A stretch of DNA of 64,000 nucleotides from Microgenomates group bacterium (GTDB taxonomy: Bacteria > Patescibacteriota > Microgenomatia > Daviesbacterales > UBA10151), in contig JBAZXP010000001.1 of NCBI GenBank assembly GCA_041659805.1, forward strand, positions 576,589-640,588, given 5' to 3'. Shown here piece by piece: positions 10,547 through 20,290 of the stretch. The position numbers and the translations under genes are program-made. Positions within the stretch are counted from its first letter, which is position 1. Every line of letters begins with the position of its first letter. Below the pieces are notes generated by a model. The model was not told where the DNA came from. It saw nothing but the letters and a program-made list of their open reading frames with translations, and ran no database searches.

Positions 10547-11842
10547 ATGGCGAAAAATGATTTTAAAGTAAAAGACCTGAAGCTTGCTAAATGGGGGCGG
10601 ATGGAAATAACCTTGGCAGAGAAAGAAATGCCGGGACTTATGAGTTTAAGACAAGAATTTGGTAAATCCAAACCACTTAAAGGCGCGAGGGTTGCAGGCT
10701 CATTGCATATGACAATCCAGACCGCTGTTTTGATTGAAACTTTACAGGCGCTTGGAGCAGAAGTCCGTTGGTCGTCCTGCAACATTTTTTCAACACAAGA
10801 TCATGCAGCTGCTGCCATTGCCGCCAAAAATACTCCTGTTTTTGCCTGGAAAGGTGAAACTGAAAAAGAATATTGGTGGTGTATTGAGGAGTCTCTTAAA
10901 TTTTCAAAAGGAAAAGGTCCCAATATGCTGCTTGATGATGGAGGAGATTTAACCGGTTATGTTCATAATGAGCATCCGGAACTTCTACAAGATATCAAAG
11001 GTGTTTCTGAAGAAACTACTACTGGTGTTCATCACCTTTATCAAATGTTGAAAGAAGAAAAATTAAAAATTCCTGCAATTAATGTAAACGATAGTGTGAC
11101 TAAATCTAAATTTGATAATCTTTATGGTTGTCGAGAATCTTTGACAGACGGAATCAAAAGGGCAACAGATATAATGCTTGCAGGAAAACAGGCTGTTGTT
11201 GCAGGTTATGGTGATGTTGGTAAAGGGAGTGCAGAATCACTCAGAGCTTTTGGTTGCCGTGTTATGGTGACAGAAATTGATCCGATCTGTGCGCTCCAGG
11301 CTTTGATGGCAGGATTCAGTGTTGTTACCATGGAACAAGCCTTAAAAGAAGCTGATATATTTGTTACAGCAACAGGTTGTAAAGATATTATTACTCTTGA
11401 ACATATGTTGAAAATGAAAGATACGGCAATCGTTTGTAACATTGGTCATTTTGATGTTGAGATACAAATAGAAAGGTTAAATAATTACCCTAAAATAAAG
11501 AAGGAAGAAATAAAACCACAGGTAGATCTATACACTTTTCCGGATGGGCACAGGATCATTGTTTTAGCGGAAGGAAGGTTAGTCAATTTAGGATGTGCTA
11601 CAGGTCATCCCTCTTTTGTAATGTCTAATTCTTTTACTAATCAGGTTTTGGCACAGATTGAACTTTATACAAAAGAATACGAGATTGGTGTTTACCGTCT
11701 TCCGAAACACTTGGATGAGAAAGTGGCAAGCTTGCATGTTGAACAACTGGGAGGGAAATTAACAAAATTGAATACAGATCAGTCAGAATATTTAAATATA
11801 CCTAAATCAGGGCCTTTTAAAGCAGACCACTACCGTTATTAG
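10547..11842 (+). CDS. ahcY: Adenosylhomocysteinase (SAH hydrolase)
   Basis: [83 protein letters not shown]-terminal HYRY. Confidence 0.98.
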   Translation: MAKNDFKVKDLKLAKWGRMEITLAEKEMPGLMSLRQEFGKSKPLKGARVAGSLHMTIQTAVLIETLQALGAEVRWSSCNIFSTQDHAAAAIAAKNTPVFAWKGETEKEYWWCIEESLKFSKGKGPNMLLDDGGDLTGYVHNEHPELLQDIKGVSEETTTGVHHLYQMLKEEKLKIPAINVNDSVTKSKFDNLYGCRESLTDGIKRATDIMLAGKQAVVAGYGDVGKGSAESLRAFGCRVMVTEIDPICALQALMAGFSVVTMEQALKEADIFVTATGCKDIITLEHMLKMKDTAIVCNIGHFDVEIQIERLNNYPKIKKEEIKPQVDLYTFPDGHRIIVLAEGRLVNLGCATGHPSFVMSNSFTNQVLAQIELYTKEYEIGVYRLPKHLDEKVASLHVEQLGGKLTKLNTDQSEYLNIPKSGPFKADHYRY

Positions 11843-11892
11843 AATTGTTACTTCTTCTATATAAATTCGATTAAAAAGATTAAAATCATTAT

Positions 11893-13026
11893 ATGAGGGT
11901 AATTAAGTTTATATTTTTTTCATTCATTCTTTTTTGGCTATGCCTGTTTTCTATTTTAATTATCAGTCGTGATGTTATTAATTATAGACAAGGGCAAGAG
12001 TTTACTAATATTTTGCATACAACTTCGGAATCAATTTTAAGCTTGTCACCTCTTTATCCCTGGGCAAATTTCGACGGCGTTCATTATCTGGCAATTGCGA
12101 AATATGGATATACGACTGATGCGGGATTTTTTCCTTTATATCCGGTAATGATTAATGTGCTCAGTTATTTAATCGGCGATTATTTTTTATCCGGATTAAT
12201 TCTTTCGAATTTATTTTTTATATCAGGACTGATAATTTTTTACAAATTAATCAGGTTGGATTTTACTAAAGAAGTTTCCTATCAATCAGTAATATTTTTA
12301 TTGATTTTTCCTACTGCTTTTTTCTTTTCTGCTATTTATAGTGAAAGCCTCTTCTTCTTATTGCTGATTCTGTCCTTCTATTTTGCCAGAAAGAGAATGT
12401 GGTTTTGTGCTGCGCTTTCAGGAATATTTTTATCTGCAACAAGGATAGTAGGAGTCTTAATATTACCCGCTTTGATGTGGGAATTTTATGCACTGGAAAA
12501 AGATAATATTAGAACAAATCTTAAAAAGTTTATTCCATTATTACTTGTTCCATTTGGGTTATTTTCATATATGTTTTTTAATTTTATGAATTGGGGAAAT
12601 CCTCTTTACTTTATTAAAGCACAAGGGATGTTGAGTAATAATCGGAGTGTGGATCAAATTATACTTTTTCCACAAACGTTATTCAGATATTTTAAGATCA
12701 TTACAACTGTTTCGTATCAGCAATTTGAATGGTGGATCGCCTTACTCGAGATATGTATAACTTTGTTGGTTCTATGTTTATTGTTTATTACGTATAAACA
12801 AAAAGTTAGGGTTTCATATATAATTTTTAGCCTTTTCGCACTACTGGTGCCCTTATCAACTGGCACATTAAGTGGTGTGCCGCGTTATGTTTTGGTCGCG
12901 TTCCCGGTATTTATTTCGATTGCTTTAATGAAAAACCAGTTATTTAAAATAGTTTATAGCATAGCAAGCGTATTTTTGTTAATAATATTATGGATGTTGT
13001 TTTCTAAAGGATACTATGTGGCTTAA
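11893..13026 (+). CDS. PIG-V-like (GT76/Mannosyl_trans2) GT-C mannosyltransferase
   Basis: WANFDGVHYLAIAKYGY, FFPLYP, IFPTAFFFSAIYSESLF, ATRIVG, PRY. Confidence 0.8.
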   Translation: MRVIKFIFFSFILFWLCLFSILIISRDVINYRQGQEFTNILHTTSESILSLSPLYPWANFDGVHYLAIAKYGYTTDAGFFPLYPVMINVLSYLIGDYFLSGLILSNLFFISGLIIFYKLIRLDFTKEVSYQSVIFLLIFPTAFFFSAIYSESLFFLLLILSFYFARKRMWFCAALSGIFLSATRIVGVLILPALMWEFYALEKDNIRTNLKKFIPLLLVPFGLFSYMFFNFMNWGNPLYFIKAQGMLSNNRSVDQIILFPQTLFRYFKIITTVSYQQFEWWIALLEICITLLVLCLLFITYKQKVRVSYIIFSLFALLVPLSTGTLSGVPRYVLVAFPVFISIALMKNQLFKIVYSIASVFLLIILWMLFSKGYYVA

Positions 13027-14422
13027 CAAAATTAGTATTTTATCGGTTATTCTGTTGGCAGCTTTTTTTCGATTAATTAGTTTAAATCAAAGTTTATGGT
13101 GGGATGAAGCTATTAATGTAGTCTATGCCAGACAAAGCGACCTATGGTGGTTTATTACAAAATATCCTCTTGGTGATTTTCATCCGCCGGGTTGGTTTTT
13201 TATTCTTTGGGTATGGGGTCATCTTTTCGGATGGTCAGAAGTTTCTGTAAGAATGCCCTCAGTTCTTTTAGGTATTGGAACAGTATATATAACGTATTTA
13301 ATTGCAAAGGAATTATTTTCAAGGAAGGTAGGACTTTTGGCGGCACTTATGCTTAGTTTGGCACCTTTGCATATATATTATTCGCAGGAAGCAAGAATGT
13401 ATGCTCTTAGTGCCTTTGCTGTGTCTCTTTCAATATATAGTCTGATCAGGCTATTAAGGAACGATAGATATAGTCTTTTAATTTATTTATTGTCCTCAGC
13501 TCTGGTTTTGTATTCAGATTATGTAGCATACTTTATTTTTCCCACTCAATTAATATATGTATTTTTATTTCAAAAACAATATATAAAAACAATATTACTT
13601 TCTTTGGGGTTAAGTGTAATGCTTTTTTCTCCCTGGTTATTTATATTTCCGAATCAACTTACAGCAGGGCAAAATACTGCAATTTTAATTCCCGGGTGGA
13701 AAGAAGTGGTTGGGGGGTCTTCCTTAAAAGAACTGGTGCTCTTGCCGGTAAAAACTTTAATGGGGAGGGTTAGTTTAGAAAACAGCCTATTATACTTATT
13801 GTTAATAGCGGTTCTTGCAAGCCCTTTTTTGTTTGTGTTTACTAATGTTAAAAAAGTTTTTGATAATAAATATTATTTGATTCTATTTTGGTTGATTTTT
13901 ACACCTGTTTTAGTGTGGATATTTTCTTATATCGTTCCTGTTTTTTCATATTTTCGTCTTTTGTATATTTTACCTGCTTTTTACATTGCAGCTGCTGTTT
14001 GTTTAGTTAAATTTTCTAACAGTTATTTTAAGATGCTTTTAGGTTTAATATTATTTTTTGAATTATCTGTCAGTTGTTTATATCTTTTTGATAATAATTT
14101 TCAAAGAGAAGACTGGAGAGGGGCAATTGATATAGTTACACAAAATATAGATAAACAAACACTGGTAGTTTTCGAAAATACTGAAATCCCTGCTGCAGCA
14201 AAATATTACAGCAATAACCTGACTAATTTTGAACCCGGTCTTGCAGATGATTTCGAAAGCAAATTCTTAAATGTAAGAAAAGTATATTTATTCGAATATC
14301 TTGCCGATGTTTATGATCCGGAAAGATCGATTGAGCAAAAAATTAAAGGTATGAATTTTATTGAAATTAATACATATAACTTTATCGGAGTGGGGTTTGT
14401 AAGGGTTTATACAAAGATGTAG
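13016..14422 (+). CDS. GT39/PMT_2 (ArnT-like) GT-C glycosyltransferase
   Basis: QSLWWDEA, DFHPPG, SEVSVRMPS, HIYYSQEARMY, C-terminal REDWR domain. Confidence 0.85.
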   Translation: MWLNKISILSVILLAAFFRLISLNQSLWWDEAINVVYARQSDLWWFITKYPLGDFHPPGWFFILWVWGHLFGWSEVSVRMPSVLLGIGTVYITYLIAKELFSRKVGLLAALMLSLAPLHIYYSQEARMYALSAFAVSLSIYSLIRLLRNDRYSLLIYLLSSALVLYSDYVAYFIFPTQLIYVFLFQKQYIKTILLSLGLSVMLFSPWLFIFPNQLTAGQNTAILIPGWKEVVGGSSLKELVLLPVKTLMGRVSLENSLLYLLLIAVLASPFLFVFTNVKKVFDNKYYLILFWLIFTPVLVWIFSYIVPVFSYFRLLYILPAFYIAAAVCLVKFSNSYFKMLLGLILFFELSVSCLYLFDNNFQREDWRGAIDIVTQNIDKQTLVVFENTEIPAAAKYYSNNLTNFEPGLADDFESKFLNVRKVYLFEYLADVYDPERSIEQKIKGMNFIEINTYNFIGVGFVRVYTKM

Positions 14423-14431
14423 ACTAAGGAA

Positions 14432-15982
14432 ATGAAAATTTTTAAAGTAATAATTTTTATACTTATAGCTTTCAATATTCTATTGGCTTCCCGTTGGGCG
14501 CTGGACGGTAATCTTTTTTTCCATACTGATATTGCCAGGGATTTTTTATTGATTGAAGATATTGTCAATAACAAGCCCGTAACCTTAATAGGACCAAGAT
14601 CAGGAGCCATACCCGGTGTTTTTCATGGGCCGTTATGGCTTTATTTAAATGTTCCTGCTTTTATCGTAGGTAATGGCAATCCTGCAGTTATTGCTTGGTT
14701 TTGGGTAGGACTTTATTTGACTAGCTTATATTTTATTTATTATGTCGGTAAAAAAATATTTGATGAAAAAACCGGTTTATTAAGCAGTTTGATGCTCTCA
14801 TCAGTTACTGTCTTACAAGTAAGAACTCTTTTTAATCCTTATGGAGCACTGCTTTTACTCCCATTATTTTTATATTTCTTAATAAATTATTTGCAGGACA
14901 AAAATGTAAAAGTTTTAATCTTATCTTTATTAATTCTGGGCTTGATAATTCAATTTCAAATGGCTTTTGGGGTACCTATTTTAGCAATAACTTTTATTTA
15001 TCTTTGTTACTTTTTTTGGCAATCAAAAAGATTGAAAGATGCATTTGCTTTTTTTGTTCTGCTAATTCCGTTATCGACGTTTATATTATTTGATATCCGA
15101 AATAATTTTTTACAAATTAGATCGGTTATTAATTATCTAACAGGTGCAGAAAACCATGGAAAAATAGATCTAAACCTTATCCAACTATTAAATCTACGTT
15201 TTCAGGAAAGTATTTTAGGGGGATTAGGGGAAATTACTTTACATCTGGATGTTTTAACAATTTTTCTTGCAATATTTCTTCTATTTGCATTTTTAAAATT
15301 AAAAAATCAGAAAAAAATATTGCCTATTTATAAATTATTTATCTTTTTTTACTGTGGTTTTTGGCTGCTAACATTTTTATTTAAAGGACCGATTTGGAAT
15401 TATTATTATATTCCTTTTATCCCACTGATAATTTTGGTTTTCTGTTCTTTGTATAAACTTTTAGATCAGAGAATTTTTTATAGTCTTTTTATTTTGATAC
15501 TTATTTTTAATTTTCAAACAAATTTTAAAGACTTATTAAATTATAATCCGGATGCCTCAACACAGGATGTAAGCACCTGGAAATTTAATTATCTTGTAGC
15601 AGAAAATGCTTTCGGAGGAAAGAAAAATGAATTTGGTTATTATATATTTACTCCGGATTTATATGGTTATTCACCAAGGTATGCGATGAACTATTACCAA
15701 AAGATTTCTAAAGATAAAACGTCTTTTCCTTATAATAAGAAGGCAGTGACATATTTACTGATTGCTCCTCCTCCGGAATATGGTAAAGATCCGAGTAGTC
15801 TTTGGTATCAGAAAAATATTAACAGTGATTCATGGAAAAATAATGATGTTAGGATTAATAGAAAAGCAGATGAAACAAGAGGTTTTCCGAATGGCTTTAG
15901 AATTGAAAAATATAACCTGAATGAAAATGAAATAAAAATTCAAGCAAATCAATTTCTGATTCAATCTATATTCTTTAGATGA
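14432..15982 (+). CDS. ArnT/PMT_2-like GT-C glycosyltransferase
   Basis: DIARD...LIGPRS...FHGPLWLY external loop, FNPY, about 11 TM segments, C-terminal soluble domain. Confidence 0.75.
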   Translation: MKIFKVIIFILIAFNILLASRWALDGNLFFHTDIARDFLLIEDIVNNKPVTLIGPRSGAIPGVFHGPLWLYLNVPAFIVGNGNPAVIAWFWVGLYLTSLYFIYYVGKKIFDEKTGLLSSLMLSSVTVLQVRTLFNPYGALLLLPLFLYFLINYLQDKNVKVLILSLLILGLIIQFQMAFGVPILAITFIYLCYFFWQSKRLKDAFAFFVLLIPLSTFILFDIRNNFLQIRSVINYLTGAENHGKIDLNLIQLLNLRFQESILGGLGEITLHLDVLTIFLAIFLLFAFLKLKNQKKILPIYKLFIFFYCGFWLLTFLFKGPIWNYYYIPFIPLIILVFCSLYKLLDQRIFYSLFILILIFNFQTNFKDLLNYNPDASTQDVSTWKFNYLVAENAFGGKKNEFGYYIFTPDLYGYSPRYAMNYYQKISKDKTSFPYNKKAVTYLLIAPPPEYGKDPSSLWYQKNINSDSWKNNDVRINRKADETRGFPNGFRIEKYNLNENEIKIQANQFLIQSIFFR

Positions 15983-15983
15983 T

Positions 15984-17840
15984 ATGTTTAAAAAAATAAT
16001 TGTAGGGTTATTTTTGTTTTTTTGTTTTTCTTTTTTTACCCCGTCAAATATTTATGCTCAACAAGTAAATACTGATTGTCCTAACAGGTATTTAACACTT
16101 ATTAATCCTGTAAGATCCAGATCTCTTTGGGTAGATAAAACTTTGAAACCAATTCAAGATCAATATGGTTTAATAGAAAGTAATAATTTTCCTGCCACTT
16201 GGCTTTTACAAAATGACGTTTTGTTTGATGGAGAACTGATAAATGAAATCAAAAGTTTTAACACAAACCAGGAAAAGGGATTATTCTTGGAAGTCTCAGA
16301 GCAATTAGCAAATAAAGCCAGGGTCGCTTATCCGCCTTTTACTCCCTGGTACGATCCTAAAACAGTATTTTTGTCCGGCTATTCTCAATCTGAGAGACGT
16401 CTTTTAATAGACCGTATGTTCAAAGATTTTTATCAGACTTTCGGATATTATCCTAAATCTGTCGGTGCGTGGTGGATTGATTCTTATTCTCTGCAATATA
16501 TGAAAGAGAAGTATCAAGTTAAAACTGCAATGATCGTAGCTGACCAAAAAACCACAGACAGCTATGGGGTGTGGGGTCAATGGTGGGGAGTGCCGTATTA
16601 TCCGTCAATTGCAAATATTTTAACTCCTGCAAGTGCTAAGGATAATAAACAGGATGTTGTCGTAATTCAATGGGCACAAAGAGATTTGCTTTTAGCCTAC
16701 GGAGAAGGTCCGAAGTCATCGAATTTTTCTCTACAGGCAAATGATTATATTAGCCTTGGTAAAGATACAGATTTTTTTAAAAATTTAGTAAATATTTATC
16801 TTGACTGTAGGAATCCGTTAGGTCAAGTTACAGTAGGGCTAGAGACAGGGATGGAAAGTGTAGGGTCATTATCAGAGTATAAAAATCAATTATTGGCGTT
16901 AAAGGAAATTAGAGGGTTACAGATAGTTAAAATGAGTGATTTTGCTGATAAATTTGCAAAAGTCTACCCACTTTTTCCGGAAAATATAAGCCTTGGAGAT
17001 CCTGTTGTCTGGAATTTAAATACTAAAAACAGAACTAATAATTCTCTTAATGATTTAGTTGGTTATAACCCAAACTTGTCATTTGCTGATTATTTTGTAT
17101 CTGATAAATCTTCTTTTTTAGATCGAAGTTTATTAAAGCTAAAAATAATTCCAAAAACACCCTTCCCCTGGTATTTATTTTTATTGGTAATTTTTGGTAT
17201 AGCTGCATATTTTTTGAAAAAGATTAAATTATATATTTTGACGATACTTTTTATTATTGTTGCTTATGGTTTAATTTTTAGATCATATATGCAATATGGT
17301 TGGGTTATTTACTTTAGTATTGTTGATAAAAACATCGAATTTATTAAGCTGGGATTAATTATATTTTCTTTTGTTTTGATGTGGTTTTTGGATAGATGGA
17401 GTAGTAGGACGCTATTTAGGAACTCGTTGTTTATATACCTAATCCCCTTCATTTTTGGGATAGATCTTGTTTTAGAATCAATTAGATATACTTCAATTTC
17501 AGGAAGACATTATCTTGGAATTATGTTGGATTCTTTAAGGATGCTTGGGTTTTCCTTTAAAGAGCCCTTCAATTTTTCTTTCGTAAATCAAGATTTTCCC
17601 AGTATACAAGTCGTAGCATTATTAAGATTTGATTTTGAAAAAATATGGAATAGTCCCTTTTTTACAGTTATTGTTTTTCCCTTTGCACACATTCTTTTAG
17701 CAGCTATTCTTTCATTACTATTATTGGTTGCTCCTAAGTATATAAAGAAGGCGCTAATAATTATTGTAATTTTACTTTTTATTCTGCAGTTAATACACAT
17801 TTTTCAGTCTGATCCGAGAATAGTAATCCCGATTAGTTAA
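15984..17840 (+). CDS. Exported NodB/GH57-like (beta/alpha)-barrel domain fused to C-terminal TM helices; uncharacterised
   Basis: Signal peptide (..IYAQ), PATWLL, FYQTFGYYPKSVGAWWID (GxxP motif of the deacetylase/GH57-like fold), WGVPYYPS; about 6 C-terminal TM segments. Confidence 0.55.
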   Translation: MFKKIIVGLFLFFCFSFFTPSNIYAQQVNTDCPNRYLTLINPVRSRSLWVDKTLKPIQDQYGLIESNNFPATWLLQNDVLFDGELINEIKSFNTNQEKGLFLEVSEQLANKARVAYPPFTPWYDPKTVFLSGYSQSERRLLIDRMFKDFYQTFGYYPKSVGAWWIDSYSLQYMKEKYQVKTAMIVADQKTTDSYGVWGQWWGVPYYPSIANILTPASAKDNKQDVVVIQWAQRDLLLAYGEGPKSSNFSLQANDYISLGKDTDFFKNLVNIYLDCRNPLGQVTVGLETGMESVGSLSEYKNQLLALKEIRGLQIVKMSDFADKFAKVYPLFPENISLGDPVVWNLNTKNRTNNSLNDLVGYNPNLSFADYFVSDKSSFLDRSLLKLKIIPKTPFPWYLFLLVIFGIAAYFLKKIKLYILTILFIIVAYGLIFRSYMQYGWVIYFSIVDKNIEFIKLGLIIFSFVLMWFLDRWSSRTLFRNSLFIYLIPFIFGIDLVLESIRYTSISGRHYLGIMLDSLRMLGFSFKEPFNFSFVNQDFPSIQVVALLRFDFEKIWNSPFFTVIVFPFAHILLAAILSLLLLVAPKYIKKALIIIVILLFILQLIHIFQSDPRIVIPIS

Positions 17841-17878
17841 TAATAATTTAATATTATTTGCTACAATGTATATACTTT

Positions 17879-18895
17879 ATGAAGGTAGGTTTTGATATAT
17901 CACAAATCGCACATAACGGGGGAGTTGCCACTTATACTGAGAATCTAACGGATCAGTTATCAAAAATTAAATCTTTAGACATGATTTATTTTTATTCCTC
18001 TTTTAGAAAATCTTATCAGGGGAATTTATCTAATGTTAAAACTTTTAAAATGCCACCAACTCTATTTGAAATATTTTTTAACAGGATAAGGAAAATTCCG
18101 ATTGAAAAATTTATCGGTCCGGTTGATATTTTTCATTCCTCAGATTGGGTTCAACCTCCAACAAATGCCAAGAAAGTCACTACTTACCATGATGTAGTTC
18201 CTTTAAAATACTCACAATGGTCTTCACCTAAAATCGTCGAGGTGCACAAAAGAAGGTTAAAAATTGTTGAAAAAGAGATAGATATGGTAATTGCAGTGTC
18301 AAACTATACAAAAAAAGATTTAATGGAAGTATCCTCCATCCCTGAAGAAAAAATTAAAGTTATATATGAGGCAGCGGGAGCTCAATTTAAACCACAAGAC
18401 AAAGAAAAGACCGAGGCTTTCAGAAATAAGTATGGGTTGCCAGAGGATTATGTTTTGGCAATCGGTGGAATAGGAGAAAGGAGAAATTTAAATAGAGTTA
18501 AGGAAGCTTCACACGGGTTTAATTTAGTAGTTACCGGTGAGACTATCCCTTGGGTTTCAAACGAAGATCTTCCGTTACTATATGCAGGAGCAAAAGTATT
18601 GCTATACCCATCTTTTTATGAGGGCTTCGGTCTTCCTATATTGGAAGCTATGAGTTGCGGAACCCCTGTTATTACTTCCAATAGCTCATCAATGCCGGAA
18701 GTTGGAGGAGAAGCTGCGATTTATATTGATCCTGAAAATATCGAAGAGATGAGTAAAAATTTAAGAATAGTAATGGAAGATCCGCTTTTAAGGCCTGAAC
18801 TCATTAAAAAAGGCTTTGAACAGGCGAAGAAATTTTCCTGGGAAAAGTGTGCTAAAGAAACTTTTGGGGTTTACCAAGATCTTTTGAATAAGTAG
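17879..18895 (+). CDS. GT4 glycosyltransferase (MtfB-like mannosyltransferase)
   Basis: [38 protein letters not shown]. Confidence 0.9.
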   Translation: MKVGFDISQIAHNGGVATYTENLTDQLSKIKSLDMIYFYSSFRKSYQGNLSNVKTFKMPPTLFEIFFNRIRKIPIEKFIGPVDIFHSSDWVQPPTNAKKVTTYHDVVPLKYSQWSSPKIVEVHKRRLKIVEKEIDMVIAVSNYTKKDLMEVSSIPEEKIKVIYEAAGAQFKPQDKEKTEAFRNKYGLPEDYVLAIGGIGERRNLNRVKEASHGFNLVVTGETIPWVSNEDLPLLYAGAKVLLYPSFYEGFGLPILEAMSCGTPVITSNSSSMPEVGGEAAIYIDPENIEEMSKNLRIVMEDPLLRPELIKKGFEQAKKFSWEKCAKETFGVYQDLLNK

Positions 18896-18906
18896 TACTC
18901 TAAAGC

Positions 18907-20289
18907 TTATTTTCTGATTCTAAAATCAAACAAAGTTCCTGAGAGTTTGTCATTTGATGGTAACTTAAGGCCTTTTAAACGTTTTTGAATGCTGGATTTT
19001 AAAGACAGCGCAGCTTTTAATTTCTCCATAAGCCTCTTTTTTAAACCTTCACCGGAAACTTTACGGCGTAGAGCTTGCGCTTTTTGTGATAATTCTTTAT
19101 GCTCCTTGTTCTCAACAAACATTTTTTCATAAGCTTTAGACATCTCTGCCAATTTTTTTACTCTTTTTTGAAATCCTTTATCTTTATCTATTTCCGCAAG
19201 GTCCATTTCTTTGTGTATTTCTTCTAATTTTTCCAATTCTTCTCTCAACATCATTTGTTTCTCAAGATCAACAGGAATATTTAATCCGCTGGTATTCAGT
19301 TGTGTAAAAGTTTTGCTTTTTGAACGGAAGAGAGTCAACAACTTTCTTTGTTCACTATTTCTATGATAAGTTTCATCTCCCCCATTAAGATGGAGAGTGT
19401 GCAAACTGATACTCCTTGGAATTATTGGCAGGTAATCGGAGCTATCACAATCAGTTATCAGAAGGATTTCAGTTTCAAGTCCGTTCCTTACTCTTTCTTC
19501 GCGCATATCAAAAAGATCCCTAATAGCAACACTAACGGCATTCCCGATGTATGTGCCTGTTCCACTTAACGGGTAGCCTAAGACATTTCTGGCTAGAGGA
19601 CCGAATTGATCAGGTGAAAGACAATCTGTTCTTCCGTGTGCGTCACCTGAAAAAGCACGGAAATATACCTGGGCATCCTCCTCACTGGCTTTTTTGAAAT
19701 AGGCAAGTAAGATTGATTTAGCCACTATCAGTTTATAATTTTCTGCCATGGACATTGAGACATCCATTAAGGCGTAAACTGCCTGTCTTTTAGACATTCC
19801 TTTTACAAGTTTAGGAACAACTTCTTCCAAAGTTTCTGATTTTTCTTCAGTTTGTACTCTTGGTTTTTGTTGCTCGATAATAGGTAGGTTACCGGTAATA
19901 GCTTTATAGGCAAATATATCAGGATTAGTTGTTTTTAGTAGACGGTATGGGGGTAATACCTGAGGTAATTCCCTGAGTGACTGAATGGGCCTGATCTTAA
20001 TTGAGTCAGAGGGAAAATTTGTTTTTTGCTGCCATGTTCTGGTAACGTATCTTTTTTCATAAACAGTTTTTTGATCCCGTTCAAGTAATCCCATAAAATT
20101 TTCCGGAATATCTACCCCAGGGATGGGTTTGCCGTCAAGCAGGTTTCGGGCAATATTTAAGATATGTAAATAGTTATTCGGAAGTTGCTCAAGAGCTACT
20201 TGCATGGAATCAAAGATTCCCCAGGATTTATATAATTCTGTTAGATCTTCTGACTGCGCATAAGGGTTTGATTCATCCTCTTTTGCCAT
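18907..20289 (-). CDS. VWA-domain protein, ViaA-like
   Basis: MIDAS motif DVSMS, then GTGT and LLITD. The upstream LRELPQVLP...IFAYK segment resembles the ViaA pre-VWA region. Charged coiled-coil C-terminus. Follows the MoxR gene with a 1-nt gap. Confidence 0.8.
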   Translation of the reverse strand: MAKEDESNPYAQSEDLTELYKSWGIFDSMQVALEQLPNNYLHILNIARNLLDGKPIPGVDIPENFMGLLERDQKTVYEKRYVTRTWQQKTNFPSDSIKIRPIQSLRELPQVLPPYRLLKTTNPDIFAYKAITGNLPIIEQQKPRVQTEEKSETLEEVVPKLVKGMSKRQAVYALMDVSMSMAENYKLIVAKSILLAYFKKASEEDAQVYFRAFSGDAHGRTDCLSPDQFGPLARNVLGYPLSGTGTYIGNAVSVAIRDLFDMREERVRNGLETEILLITDCDSSDYLPIIPRSISLHTLHLNGGDETYHRNSEQRKLLTLFRSKSKTFTQLNTSGLNIPVDLEKQMMLREELEKLEEIHKEMDLAEIDKDKGFQKRVKKLAEMSKAYEKMFVENKEHKELSQKAQALRRKVSGEGLKKRLMEKLKAALSLKSSIQKRLKGLKLPSNDKLSGTLFDFRIRK

Positions 20290-20290
20290 T

